Source: Octopus bimaculoides (lineage: Eukaryota). Taken from it: a stretch of 64,000 bases of DNA. The position numbers were made by a program, and so were the translations under genes. Positions within the stretch are counted from its first letter, which is position 1, and every line of letters begins with the position of its first letter. The stretch is taken from the NCBI RefSeq assembly GCF_001194135.2, contig NC_068984.1:131725301-131789300 (forward strand), written 5' to 3'. Shown piece after piece: positions 24,528-36,390 of the stretch. The notes beneath the pieces were generated by a model, which was not told the origin of the DNA, did no database searches, and worked only from the letters and a program-made list of their open reading frames with translations.

Positions 24528-26586
24528 AACTTTCTGACTGATTTTGTCACTGAATGTTACTCAGTAAACTCTCTTGTTAGTGTTGTTATCTACTTTTTTT
24601 CCCCTTCCTCCTCTTACTACCTACTCTATTCCTAGCATATCAATAGATTGTTTAAATTTCGCTTGGTCTCTTAGTCCCCGATACTTTTTGTCTGAATTCT
24701 TTTTCGTTTGTTTCTTCTTCGTTTTTTTCTGTTTATTTTTTTCTTTTTAAACATGTCATGTCTCATACTGACATTCCACTAAAACAGTTATTTGTAGTCT
24801 ACTTTGAATATATAGTTCCACTCTGGAAACCAGCCTTACAAATAAAAGCTCGTTTTCTCAGAACTCTCAACTAGGTTGTTGTAATGTGTAAAAGATAAGT
24901 TTTTTTTTAGCCTATATATTTTACTTTATGAGAATAACATCTACGTGTTTCCAGTGAACTGTTTATAAAAAAAAAAAAGAAAAGAAAAAACTGAGTAGGG
25001 CCAGGGTTAGTGTTTTAAGGTGTGGGTATAGATGAAGAATTGGAAATGAAGAAACTGTAACACACATGCACACGTGTCTGCTCTACTTACTTCCTGTAAT
25101 TATCTGATGCTGTTACATAACAATTACTAATTTGGGGGTCTCTCTCTCTTTCCCTCCCTCTCTCCTCTCTTTCGTACACCCAATTACTTTCATTCAACAT
25201 CAAAGGAAAAGAGAATCCAAATTATTTTTGCTTCGTTTTTATTTTTGTTTAATCCGTACCTTTCATAAATATTTTGTTTACCTGTTTAGTGCCTAATAAT
25301 TTCAGGTATATTTGTAGTTATAATGTAATTTAACCAGGACTATTTTCTTTGGGCAAAAAAATACTTTTAGATCCACTCACTATAGTTACGTTAATAATAA
25401 CATTTTCAAATATTTATTTAACTAGATTTTTTAAAGATGTATATCGTTTTAATGAAAAGAACCTTCTCTAATTTAAGTATTTAGGAGTGTTATTTAATTT
25501 ACCTCTAAACATGACATGTGGGAGTGTATGAACCAGAAATGTTTTTGTTACAATTTTATTTGACCGGATATTTTCCAAACTTTGCAAATTCAACTTTTTG
25601 CTTGCTAATTATATACTCACTGGTTAAAAATATGCTAATCATTTAATTAGTGCTATATTTTCATGTGTAGTTTTAGTTGTTTTGGGGGAGGGGGGATATG
25701 TCACTGTTTTATCTGCACACACACCAAAAACAAAAAAAGGGAAAAAAAAAAAATTTTTAAAAAACAAAACTTTCTCTGTTAAGAAAATTCTGTGCTTTGT
25801 TTACTGGTGGTAGCAAAAAGTGTTCTCAGTTGTCCAGCAGTCAGCTGATCAACTTTCTTATTGCTGTTGGTGGTGGTTGTTGTTATAGCTGATGCTACTT
25901 GTATCTGAATGCTTCCACATTACATGAAAAGAATTTAGTGATCAACATTTTAACAAATGTTCACACAAGTCTAAATAATATGCTGAAAGAAATTTGATAT
26001 TTAGCAAAAAAAAAAAAATAAATAAATAAATAAGTACATTTGAATTAAGTTGAAGGTTTAATAAACAGAACCAGCTGTTTGTGATGTGTTTGAAATAAAC
26101 TGACCTTTTTTCTACACTTAGAAAAAAAAAAAAAAATTCAGTAAATTTTTTTTTACCGTCAGAGTTACTACAATATCTGGAAGCATTATATTGGAACGTT
26201 TAAAAAAATATACCTTAATCATACAGTAAGTTTTTCTTTAAAAAAATAATTTCTTATATGATTTAGAAACTTTTGATTAAAAAAAAAAAGTAAATACATC
26301 TTAAAAGCAGATTCATTGAACTAGTTTTATTTCTGTGCTATTAAAAATGCTATTAACTTGTTTTTTTTATTCCCAATGCAAAAACAAGTTTGAAAAGAAA
26401 ATATCATCATATACGAGTAGTGAGAGAGATATAGTAATTTAAAGGCTTCTACACTTGGTTGATAATGTTACCGAGTGGTTACAAATCAGTTTTACACACT
26501 CGGCGTAAGTTATTTTAGATAAGGTTTGAAACAAAATTTACTTTTCATACATAGACTATTTCTATACCTACATAAGCAAGCACACT

Positions 26587-26617
<31 letters not shown>

Positions 26618-29600
26618 GCTTCTGACAGTAAAGAAAGGGTTTTTATAATCAACATGAAAATATAAGTACTTTTGTAAAAATCACGAAAAATCGTTGTTTC
26701 ATTATTTAGAGTTTTAACAAAAGAGCTATGCACACTCATACACTAGCAGACGAAGTAAATTTTCTGTAAGCTTAGATTGGTTAATTTACTCTCGTATACA
26801 GGTTTAGGCACTGTCTTATTTTCATTTCGTATTTGTTTTTCTATATTTGCACGAGGTTAATGCTTTTGCTTCGCTTGATTTATCCATTTCTAAGCTGCAT
26901 AAACGATGTGTTTAAGTAGATTGAAAATGTTTCGAAGTGGATGCCCTTCTTGATGTTGTGAGGAGGAGACGAATAAAACTGTTGATGGCAACAATTGTTA
27001 ATAAAACTGAGCAATGAAGTAATATAAATACAGAGGAGTTACACTAATATTATGCAACAATAGTCTGCAGAACATTAGTAATATCTTAAACTGCTGCCAC
27101 ATGCAACTGTTAGATGCATGTAGATATATGCAGCTAAATGGTTTCCATCTATTTCTTATTAGTTCTTGAAAACATGACATCTTTTTTTTTTTGTTTTGTT
27201 TTTATGCTTAGTATTAAGTGGGATGGTCTAAAACTAGTATGGACATTTGTATTTTGTTAAAGGGAGTGTTTTTAGAGCCAGATGTTTGCTAAACTAGAGT
27301 GGCTCCTATTTTTCTATGAGCAAGACCAATTTAGCAGAGTGATGTGCCTTCCCTGTAGATCATAACACAACGACTGTTATGAGGCTTGAACTCAAGTACG
27401 TTTGACCAGTAATGCAACTCCTTACTTTGGAAAAAATAATCCTAAATGCTCAGTTTTTTTTAAGATCTATCCATTGACTTTAAAAAAATTAATTTATCAA
27501 CATTCCTCTATACTTGTCTTGCATTTTATGAAAGTTTAAATTTGAAAATTATTTTGTCATTTCCTGACATAATAATTTCAATGTTGGCACCTGTTCCTTT
27601 TACCGGAGCATGTCTTCTGTTGTCAGCTTCAACCTTTTCCATTATAAAAGTTTTTCCTCACTCAAAAAAACTTTCCATCGCTAATTTTTATGACTTCCTC
27701 GTACAGCAATCCATATCACACACACACACACACATTTTTTTTAATATGGTGTGTTCTCTGGAATAATAGCATGAATCAAGTCTGTGAATGTATCCAGGTA
27801 GTTCATTTACTTGACTAGTTCTCTTAGGAAAGTTATGATGATTATCACAATTCTGTTATCTCTACCCCTTTGATGTCAAAAGGGATGATCACCTGTTGAT
27901 GAATATCTTTGCTGATAAATAGTCAAGCAGCTGACTATTATATATCATTGGGCTATTTCTTTCAAAGAAATATGTCTTTTGGTTCCCATGGACTTTTTTC
28001 AACTTGGCTGAGTTTAGTCATTTTCCCAAATTTACATTGCATACTCAGTGGTATGTTTATTCTTCTTCAGTTTTTCTGTCTTCCATGGTTCACTGCCATC
28101 CACTAATACCACACTTTTCACAAATACATCTCTTAATAATAAAGTAAATCAGTTGTTTTATGGTTTCACTCAACTTAGAAATCATAAAATATGTGATAAA
28201 GGCACTATATAATAGTTTATTTTCCAAAGCAACTATTCAAGTGTTTTTTTTCTAAAACTTAATCTCTCTTAATTTGAATTATATCTTCAATATACTATTA
28301 TTGAACTTTATCATCAGTTTCTACTATTATATAAAATATCATCTCAGTATTTTTGTATTGTTTTTGTGAATTTAATTCCTGATCTGTTTTGTTAAGTTCT
28401 TCATGACCTACTAAGAAATCTTGTAATATAAGTTAGATTTCAGAACAAAACAGTACCATGTCAACATGTTTCTAGTACAACATTTCATAATTCTTGGAAA
28501 ATATATAAGTTCAGGTACTTAGAGGATATCACTCTATTAAATGTTTAATGGGTGGAGTGATTAACAAAACTAAATAACTGCACTGGTCAAGGTATGACTG
28601 CTGGAAATTTTGGCAAAATGTTATCAATGTAATCCTCAAATTTTGTAAGTTCCAAGCAGTAATCAGTAAAGTTTTTGAAAATATCTTTAGTTTTCAAAAC
28701 TAAGAGCAGCTAACAGTGGGGAAGGGTGTCCGTCTATTATCATATTTTGAACAAATATACTTTACGTTAAGTATTTACATGAAACCCAGGGAGCCAACTC
28801 TTGCTGTAAAATTAAAATATGGCTTTACTGCATGAACAAATTACAAATAATTTATTTAGTATGCACAAAATATTTCTAAAAGATCAAAAAGTTGTTTAAT
28901 GTGCATGAAGTGATTTTTACAAATCTGTTTCATCTCACAGGATCTCAGAAAGGGATCTTTCTTCTAGTATCTATTTATTTAGAAGTTGACATACCCCCCA
29001 GTGATAATTAACAAATATAAATCATTCTTTGTATCTGATTATATTCAGAGACAACTCATTAGTTAATGTCATATATATAGCTGTCAACAAAGTCAGTATA
29101 AAACTTAATTTTTTCTGAAAATAATTTCAAACAGAATACTTTTAAAGTTTCTTCATTAGTTCAGATCTTATATCAACTGAACACTTAGGTCCTACTTATT
29201 AGTTGGTTTTATAAAATATTAATAATACAGAATATTTTACTCTAAATTATCTTATTTTTATTTATTTAAATCACAAATAAAATAAAGTAAAATAATTTTT
29301 TTTTAATTAAAAAAAAAACCTAACATTTAAGTATTAGTTTTTAAAGAAATTCTATTATATTTTTCTATAAAGTTTTACAGCCATTTTCCTTGTGGTAGCT
29401 TGTTGCACATTTTCTACCATTCAGTTAAACAATGAGTACGGTCCCTATATATTTTCCTTTGATTTGGTTGCTTGTCTTAGGTGTGAAATACTATAAGTTT
29501 TGACTATAAATACTCAACTTTTAACCATACAGTATCGTCTTCTTATCTTTATTAAAGCATAAGTGAATGTCTTATGGCTGAATTAAATACTTAATTACAA

Positions 29601-31002
29601 TACTTTATATATACACTCATACAAATTGGTCAACATCAAGTTGTTTATTAAATTCGTTTTATGGCATGCAGTGAAACAACTGCTACTTCAGCAACAGTCA
29701 AACTGTTACTGAAATATTTCATGACCCTAAATACAAAGATGTGCCCCGTTGACATAGTTTTAGAAAACAAAATCTTGAGAACTCTCTGAAATTATACAGT
29801 CCTAACATTTGTTGTGTAGATGAAAATTATGAGAACATGAGAAATAGGAGGGGTTGTTGTTCCCTTTGTACTTTTTTATTTTTAACCGTTTTACATCTAT
29901 TTTTCCATGCTGTTATAAGTAGATAGTTTTTCTTGGAGCATTTGTTATATCTTATCTGGATACTTTTCTAAATGTTAAATATGTACATTTTGAAATTATT
30001 TAATATTGACAATTAGCTAATTACCCATTGGAGAACATGATATATCGGTAGAAATGATTATTGACAAACTATTACATGTAAAGGTTGCTAGTTTTAGTTT
30101 CTGCACGGAAGTACATAAAGTTGTTTTGTAGTCATTATAAAACACATAGGGTGTAAGTAGAATAACTGTGATCTACAGAATCATTGCTCCTAGCTGAATA
30201 CTTCGTTGTGTCATTTAATATGCAATGGTTAATTGTATAGAGGCAACACTGCAGGCTGGACATGTACTATCTCTATTGTTCAATCCATTTCTGTAGATGC
30301 TGGTGTATCCACAACTTAGCAGGTAAGGGGGATTTAGTTAGTGCATGACAGTTGCTGTTCCACTCTACTTATTTTTAGTGGTATGCATCTGGGGTTAATG
30401 AGGGTATTGATAAGGCTGTTATTTTTATATGCATTTGTGTGTTGTGTTTTTCTGGGCCTGGATAGCAGAGATTTGTGGTGATAGCTAGAACATGTGTGAT
30501 ACCCTGTGGATCTGACATTTTGGTCCCTGAGGAGAGAGAGATTTTAGCTGTAGAAGATAAAGTTTGTGATTGTTCTCCATGCAGAGGTGTGTAAAATAAG
30601 TATTTATGACACAAGGAGAAGTGAATTTTGTTGTTTTTAAGTAGAGCCCTTCATTTGTGTCTAATTACTATTTGTTTATAAACTATTGTCTTATTAGCTA
30701 TCGTAACTTTCTTAAGGGAGTCTTCTTTCCATATGACTCTGATAACATTTAAAATTCAATAGATTCTACAAGGAACCTTCTTCTTCTCTACATTGGTGAA
30801 GCTAATATTTTGGATTTGTCTACCTATATTGTTGACCATGTATTTGATTACTAGCTTATACATAGATCCCAAGTAGAGATTTCACCTATATATGACTGCT
30901 ATGTGATACTCAACCTACTAGAAACAACAGCTAATTCTCTCACAAATTATACTTTACTTTCTTGAATAAGTGACTGCACTATTTAGTCTGTAACAACTTT
31001 AA

Positions 31003-31216
31003 CCCTTTCGTTACTGTATTTATTTTGAGATGCTTTGTGTTTCTTTCAATTATTTTAAATATAACAAAGAATTTAGTAAAATAGTTTAGTTATCATTCAG
31101 ATAGTGTTAGGAACATAAATTGTGACTAAGGTTTGGTGGAAGAATTTAATTCAAAACTTATGAAACATTTGTACTCAGAGCCAGAGCTGGTTTCAGCCGG
31201 GTTGGTAATGAAAGGG
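31003..31216. mobile_element. piggyBac-type MITE
   Basis: TTAA|ccctttcgttac ... gtaatgaaaggg|TTAA. Confidence 0.9.
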
Positions 31217-31501
31217 TTAAGGTTTGCTTAAACAGGACTGACTTGAGGCTGAACAAAAAAGACATCTGTTACCCTTCAAAAATAAAACAAAATCAGAGAA
31301 ATACTCTGAATTTGTATTCATTATATATATTCATTATCTTTTTATACATTATATCAGCTGTTAAATTTTAATTAGGCAAGCAGAAATAAATTAAAACAAC
31401 AAATAGGCATTTGTTGTTCATATTACATCAGTGTGGTAAAATATTTAAATATTTCTACAATTATATGCAGTATCTCTATTTTCAAGTTATATTTTCAAGC
31501 T

Positions 31502-31908
31502 CAGGTGTGGCTGTGTGATTAAGAAGTTTGCTTACTAACCATGTGGTTTTGGGTTCAGTCCCGTTGCATAGCACCCTTGGCAGTCTTCTACTATAGTCTT
31601 GATCCAGCCAAAGATCATGAGTGGATTTAGTAAGTAGAAACTGAAAGAAATCCTGTTGTGTGTGTGTGTGAGAGACTCTGTCATGACATTGTTTGTTAGT
31701 TGTAAATGAGTCTCACTGTCATACAAGAGGAGACCTGTTTGCAGTCTATGATGAAAACATGTTCAATCAAATAGGGGTTAAGTATTGCTTTGCTTGGAAA
31801 CAGGTGAGGCTTGATGACAGGAAAAGCATCCAGCTGTAGAAAATCCACCTCAGTGAATTCTGTCAACCCATGCAAGTGTGGAGAAGTGGATATTGAAATG
31901 ATGATGAT
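31502..31908 (+). mobile_element. SINE, family A
   Basis: Head caggtgtggctgtgtgattaagaag; 3' gcatccagctgtagaaa...caacccatgcaag...atgatgatgat. Confidence 0.85.
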
Positions 31909-31964
31909 ATATGTTTAGTTAAGCATATGTATATATGCATGTGCATAATTTTTATGTTTGTTTA

Positions 31965-32360
31965 CATTTACATCAGTCATTGTATTGCAGCCATGCTGGA
32001 GCACTGCCTCGACAGGTTTACTCAAAGACCTCAATCACAGTACTTGTTTTTAAGTCTGGTACTTATTCTGTTGGTCTCTTTTGCCAAACTGCTAAGTTAT
32101 GGAGATGTAAACAAACCAACACTAGTTAAGCATATACACACATACACACAACAAACACAACATACACACACATACATTTGTGTATGTATGATGGGCTTCA
32201 ACACAGTTTCTGTCTACCGAACTCATTCCCGAGGCATTGGTCAACCCAGGGCTACAGTAAAAGATACTTGCCTATGGTGCTGTGCAGTGTGACTGAACCC
32301 AAAACTATGTGGTTGCAAGGCAAGCTTTTTAACCACATAGCTATGCATGCCCATCTGTTG
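31965..32360 (-). mobile_element. SINE, family A'
   Basis: gcagccatgctggagcac 3' part; gactgaacccaaaactatgtggttg head. Confidence 0.8.
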
Positions 32361-32815
32361 ATAGCTTTGCATTTATATCTTTTATTCTTGATACTTTTGC
32401 ATTTTGTAATATTATAATCATAATTCTGAATTTTAGGATTCTTCCATTTAACTTAGACTTGATGAGTCTGTAAGCAAACACTCCATTCTGATTTTCGTTT
32501 TTTGGTCTGTATAGTTCCTTGCGCTGTGTTCTAAGATACAGGGGAAAAAAAGTTCTAATTCTACTTGTCCAAACTTCAGCAGGGGCTGCACATTGCTAGT
32601 TTGAACTTTCTTGTCTCATCAATAACTTTAGACTATTCTGTTTTGGATTGCTTATATCTGTATCGATTCATTCACTGCAGAACTTTCCACTTTCTTTTAG
32701 GTGTTTTATATGGCTCTTTTCTAATTACTTTTATTTTGATATTTGAATCACTTTGCACTTGATTTGCTACATTATTTACATTTGATGGATATTTGTCCTC
32801 ATCTTGTTTGTTGTT

Positions 32816-32861
32816 AACACGACATTTTGGCTGATATACCCTCCAGCCTTCATCAGGTGTC
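32816..32861 (-). ncRNA. Minimal type-I hammerhead ribozyme motif (mutated)
   Basis: gacac CTGATGA a ggctg-gagggtatat-cagcc aAAA tG TC gtgtt: stem I gacac/gtgtt, stem II ggctg/cagcc, GUC triplet kept; GAAA>AAAA and CG>TG changes. Confidence 0.8.
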
Positions 32862-32941
32862 TTGGGGAAATTTTGGACCTGGGTTCTCATTCTTAAGGTA
32901 TTTTTCAATGTTGTTGTTATCATTATTATTATTATTCAGGT

Positions 32942-32985
32942 CACCTGATGAAGGCTGGAGGGTATATCAGCCGAAATGTTGTGTT
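32942..32985 (+). ncRNA. Minimal type-I hammerhead ribozyme motif (mutated)
   Basis: cac CTGATGA a ggctg-gagggtatat-cagcc GAAA tG TT gtgtt: both core boxes intact; CG>TG and GUC>GUU changes; stem I shortened. Confidence 0.8.
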
Positions 32986-33321
32986 AACAACAAACAAGAT
33001 GAGGACAAATATCCATCAAATGTAAATAATGTACATAATTCCTCATCTCTTAAATATAGAATTGTACTCGATTTGCTGTTGTTTATTTTCATCCCTTAAT
33101 TTAACACTTCAGTCTCATTGCATCCAGTATTGTATGCTTGTTTTTCTAATGATTCTTAGTTCTGATAATACATCCTTCAAGTTCATATTATCCTTGAAAC
33201 ACAGAAACAAGCTTAATGCATCTATGCACGCATGTATACATACACACACACTCACATCACAACCATTTGTATGCACAGTAAAATTTATCTAAACTCCTTA
33301 CCCATAAAGGAGCCTTTACAT

Positions 33322-33664
33322 CAGGAGTTCTCAACCATTTTCTATCTATGGACCCATTTGATTATTTTATTCTGGTGGACCCCCCCCCCCCCCAATAGCC
33401 ATTCAATATTTAAAAACTAGTTTTACAGAAACTTCCTTCAAAATTCCTATTTTGTTTCTCACACATTCTCTTGTGTAGGTTGAGCTATGTAAAATGTTTG
33501 AGAAAGAAACCTAACAGGTTCTTGCAATACATACCAATACATCTAAAGCAAAACTTCTTCAGGGGTCCTTAAAATACTATTGTGGGTCCCCATTTAACTA
33601 TTTTATTGTGCGTGTGTATGTGTGTCCCCGGAAATCTTATATGGACCCTGGTTGAGAACCACTG
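33322..33664. mobile_element. hAT (Charlie-like) MITE
   Basis: TIR caggagttctcaacc / ggttgagaaccactg; perfect 8-bp TSD ctttacat (33314-33321, 33665-33672). Confidence 0.93.
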
Positions 33665-33672
33665 CTTTACAT

Positions 33673-34050
33673 GGTCACTCAAACTGCTAGAAAAAATAAG
33701 CAGCCAAATTTCCCTCAGGTGTGGGCTGTGTGATTAAGAAGCTTGCTTCCCAACCATGTAGTCTTGGGTTCAGTCCCACTGTGTGCTTACCATGGGTAAG
33801 TGTCCTCTACTATATTTCCTGGCCAATCAATGCCTTATGAGTGGATTTGGTAGCTGGAAACTGGGAGAAGCCCACTGTGTGTGTGTGTGCGTGTGTATGA
33901 GAGAGAGAGAAAGACATACACATATGTATAGCTAAAAACGTGAAGGCCACATTGAATTATGTGCTCTTAGATATACTATGTCTCAAAATTCATACAGGTT
34001 GGTCATACCTATAATGCTTTTGATCATTGCTCTGCTTGATTAAGTATGTC
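33673..34050 (+). mobile_element. SINE, working family D, split by a 215-bp insert (33716-33930)
   Basis: ggtcactcaaactgctag...ccaaatttccctca | gctaaaaacgtgaaggccacattg...gctaaataac aligns with intact D copies at 42180 and 50790. Confidence 0.7.
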
Positions 34051-34410
34051 CTAGAGCTAAATAACCTTGTATATATGAGGAACACTATATCATTACAGTC
34101 TTTTATGAACTCACCCATGTCATGTTCAGTCATCTCCAAAACATGTTTAACAATTTCAGTATCCAGAAATGCTACAAGAATATCATCTTAAATGTTTTAT
34201 CTTCCTTAACTCAATCAAATAAGTATACCTACTCAGCAAAATGCTTGTAACATTCGTTGCTTCACTAAGTTGAAACTCTAAGCTTGGTTACCACTTCTAA
34301 TAAATACTGGGGATATTACTTAGCAACTGAGTAGACTTTACCTCTACCACACCTGTGTATGAAATGTTTTATCATATAACAGATCTGACAGCAAAATTCA
34401 GATTTAACAA

Positions 34411-34830
34411 GGTGCAGGTGTGGGCTGTGTGATTAAGAAGCTTGCTTCCCAACCATGTAGTCTTGGGTTCAGTCCCACTGTGTGCTTACCATGGGTAAGT
34501 GTCCTCTACTATATTTCCTGGCCAATCAATGTCTTATGAGTGGATTTGGTAGCTGGAAACTGGGAGAAACCCACTGTGTGTGTGTGCGTGTGTATGAGAG
34601 AGAGAGAAAGACATACACATATGTATATGTGTGTGTACTCTTTATTTAGAGTTTAAATGAGCAACATCATCATGCAAATGATGTTATTGGTTTCCAGTTT
34701 TCTGTGAAAAGAAAATGTCAGTTCATAGGGAAATATCACCTTTCTTGGAAACAGGTTAGGCATCTGGCCATAGAAAACTGTCTTCACAAATTCTGACTGA
34801 CAGATTCAAGCATAGCAAAGTGGAAGTTAA
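34411..34830 (+). mobile_element. SINE, family A (probable source of the 33716-33930 insert)
   Basis: Complete head ggtgcaggtgtgggctgtgtg; 34415-34627 is nearly identical to 33716-33930. Confidence 0.85.
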
Positions 34831-35589
34831 TATATATGTAAAGAAGTGTACTGTATGGTCCCAGATCAAATTAAATGAAAGTATACCTAAGTGATAAAAA
34901 TTTGTAGCATCAGTTACTTTTTTTCCATCATCACATTTGTCTTATTTTTGAGTCTATATGAATTACATTTTACTCAATTCATTTTCCTTCTAATTGCAAC
35001 TTTCTATAAATCTTCTACTTTTCCATGTATTTTACCAATCTATTAAACTGCAACATTCTATATTAACATTGTGTAACTCTTACTCTGTCACTCCTACTTT
35101 TTATTCTGTTCCTTATCTTCCTCAAATTAACAAATTAAAAAGTTAATAACTGCATGCTTACCAGGAAACCGGATAGACAATAAGTTACGAATAACTGTCA
35201 AGTATGAATTAATTGACATATACCATTGGTTAGTGATCTCAGGATAAGAGCTAGTATGGCTTAAAGACACAAGGCAATCTAGTGAAGGAAGTTGTAACTG
35301 AAAAATACTTCTGTCATGTATAAGTTCAAAGAAGTACTAGATGACGCCTCTGATAGAGGAGAAGATAGTAAACAATGGGTACTGCTGCTAGCCACCAGCA
35401 GATCCGCTGATGGATCAAAGTTTGAACTGGGCAGAGAATGACATGGAGAGGGAATAGTATAGTACTCATAAAGATTAAGAGGCATGCCTGGAGAGAATAG
35501 AAGAACAGTGAGGAACAATGAATGATATCAGGTAGCTCTAGCTACCCAATATTGTTCATTATTCACCACCTTTCTTCAAGACATTGAGC

Positions 35590-35910
35590 AAAATGAGAAG
35601 CTGAAGTGATTTGCCAATGTTCTGCACCAAGGTGAAAAGCAGAGAGAGTGTGTCTCACAAGACAGTGTGTCAGCATTTACTTTGAGTGATGCTAGGAATA
35701 AAGAGATATGGAAATGCTACTACCAGAGATTTCTGAATGAGAAAAAGAATGTTAGAGAGCGAGATCTGTCCCAAGTAGACCCAACAGAAGAGTGAGCTAT
35801 TGAGGTGCAGAGCTATACAGATGAAAGAGGAATAGTTGTGTAGATGTTGAGAATATCTGGCAGAATAGGCCACACATTAGTTACTCACATAATCTATCAG
35901 GTGATACAGG
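35590..35910 (+). mobile_element. RTE-clade LINE fragment
   Basis: LSDARNKEIWKCYYQRFLNEK, VDPTE, MLRISGRIGH, as expected just upstream of the RT domain. Confidence 0.65.
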
Positions 35911-36053
35911 AAGTTATCTCAAATGACTGGTATAGTAATATGATTGTCAACTAATATAGAAACAAAGAAAACTTTATAAAAATGAGTAAATATACAAGGC
36001 ATCAAATTAATGGGCAAAGGATTAAATGTGCAAAGTGGTCTCCCTCAGTGTTG

Positions 36054-36390
36054 TATTTCCCTCGGGGGACTCGCAGAGATAACACAACGAGTTGTACAAT
36101 TTAATTATTACATTTATTATTCAATTACATACAAAGAACGCACTCACCCAAAGTTCGTTATGAATAAACAAGAATCATGTCCGCCATATCTATCAATGAC
36201 ATTTTACTACGACAGTCACACAAGACAACAACAATGAAACAATGAACTCAGACGAACCAAAGTGACACACGGAACGTCAGACGAATTACATATCTAACAG
36301 TCCATATAACACTCAGTGTTTGGCCCTCAGCCCTTTCTCTTTATAATAATTCTCTAGGCTAATACAGAAAGAGTCCAACGCTGGTTGACA
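36054..36390 (-). mobile_element. Solo-LTR-like unit (TG...TA)
   Basis: Minus strand tgtcaaccagcg...gagggaaata, flanked by 4-bp gttg (36050-36053, 36391-36394); AATAAA about 60 nt before the 3' end; CpG-rich. Confidence 0.55.

Larger units (their letters stand above)
32400..33100 (-). mobile_element. Penelope-like element remnant with inverted pseudo-LTR
   Basis: 92-bp inverted repeat 32768-32859 / 32942-33033, each arm carrying a hammerhead motif; decayed ORF-like sequence follows the minus-strand arm. Confidence 0.75.

Noticed and set aside
29668-29713. Twin short hairpins
   Set aside because: Stems of 5 and 12 bp are expected by chance in 64 kb of AT-rich DNA; no H/ACA boxes.
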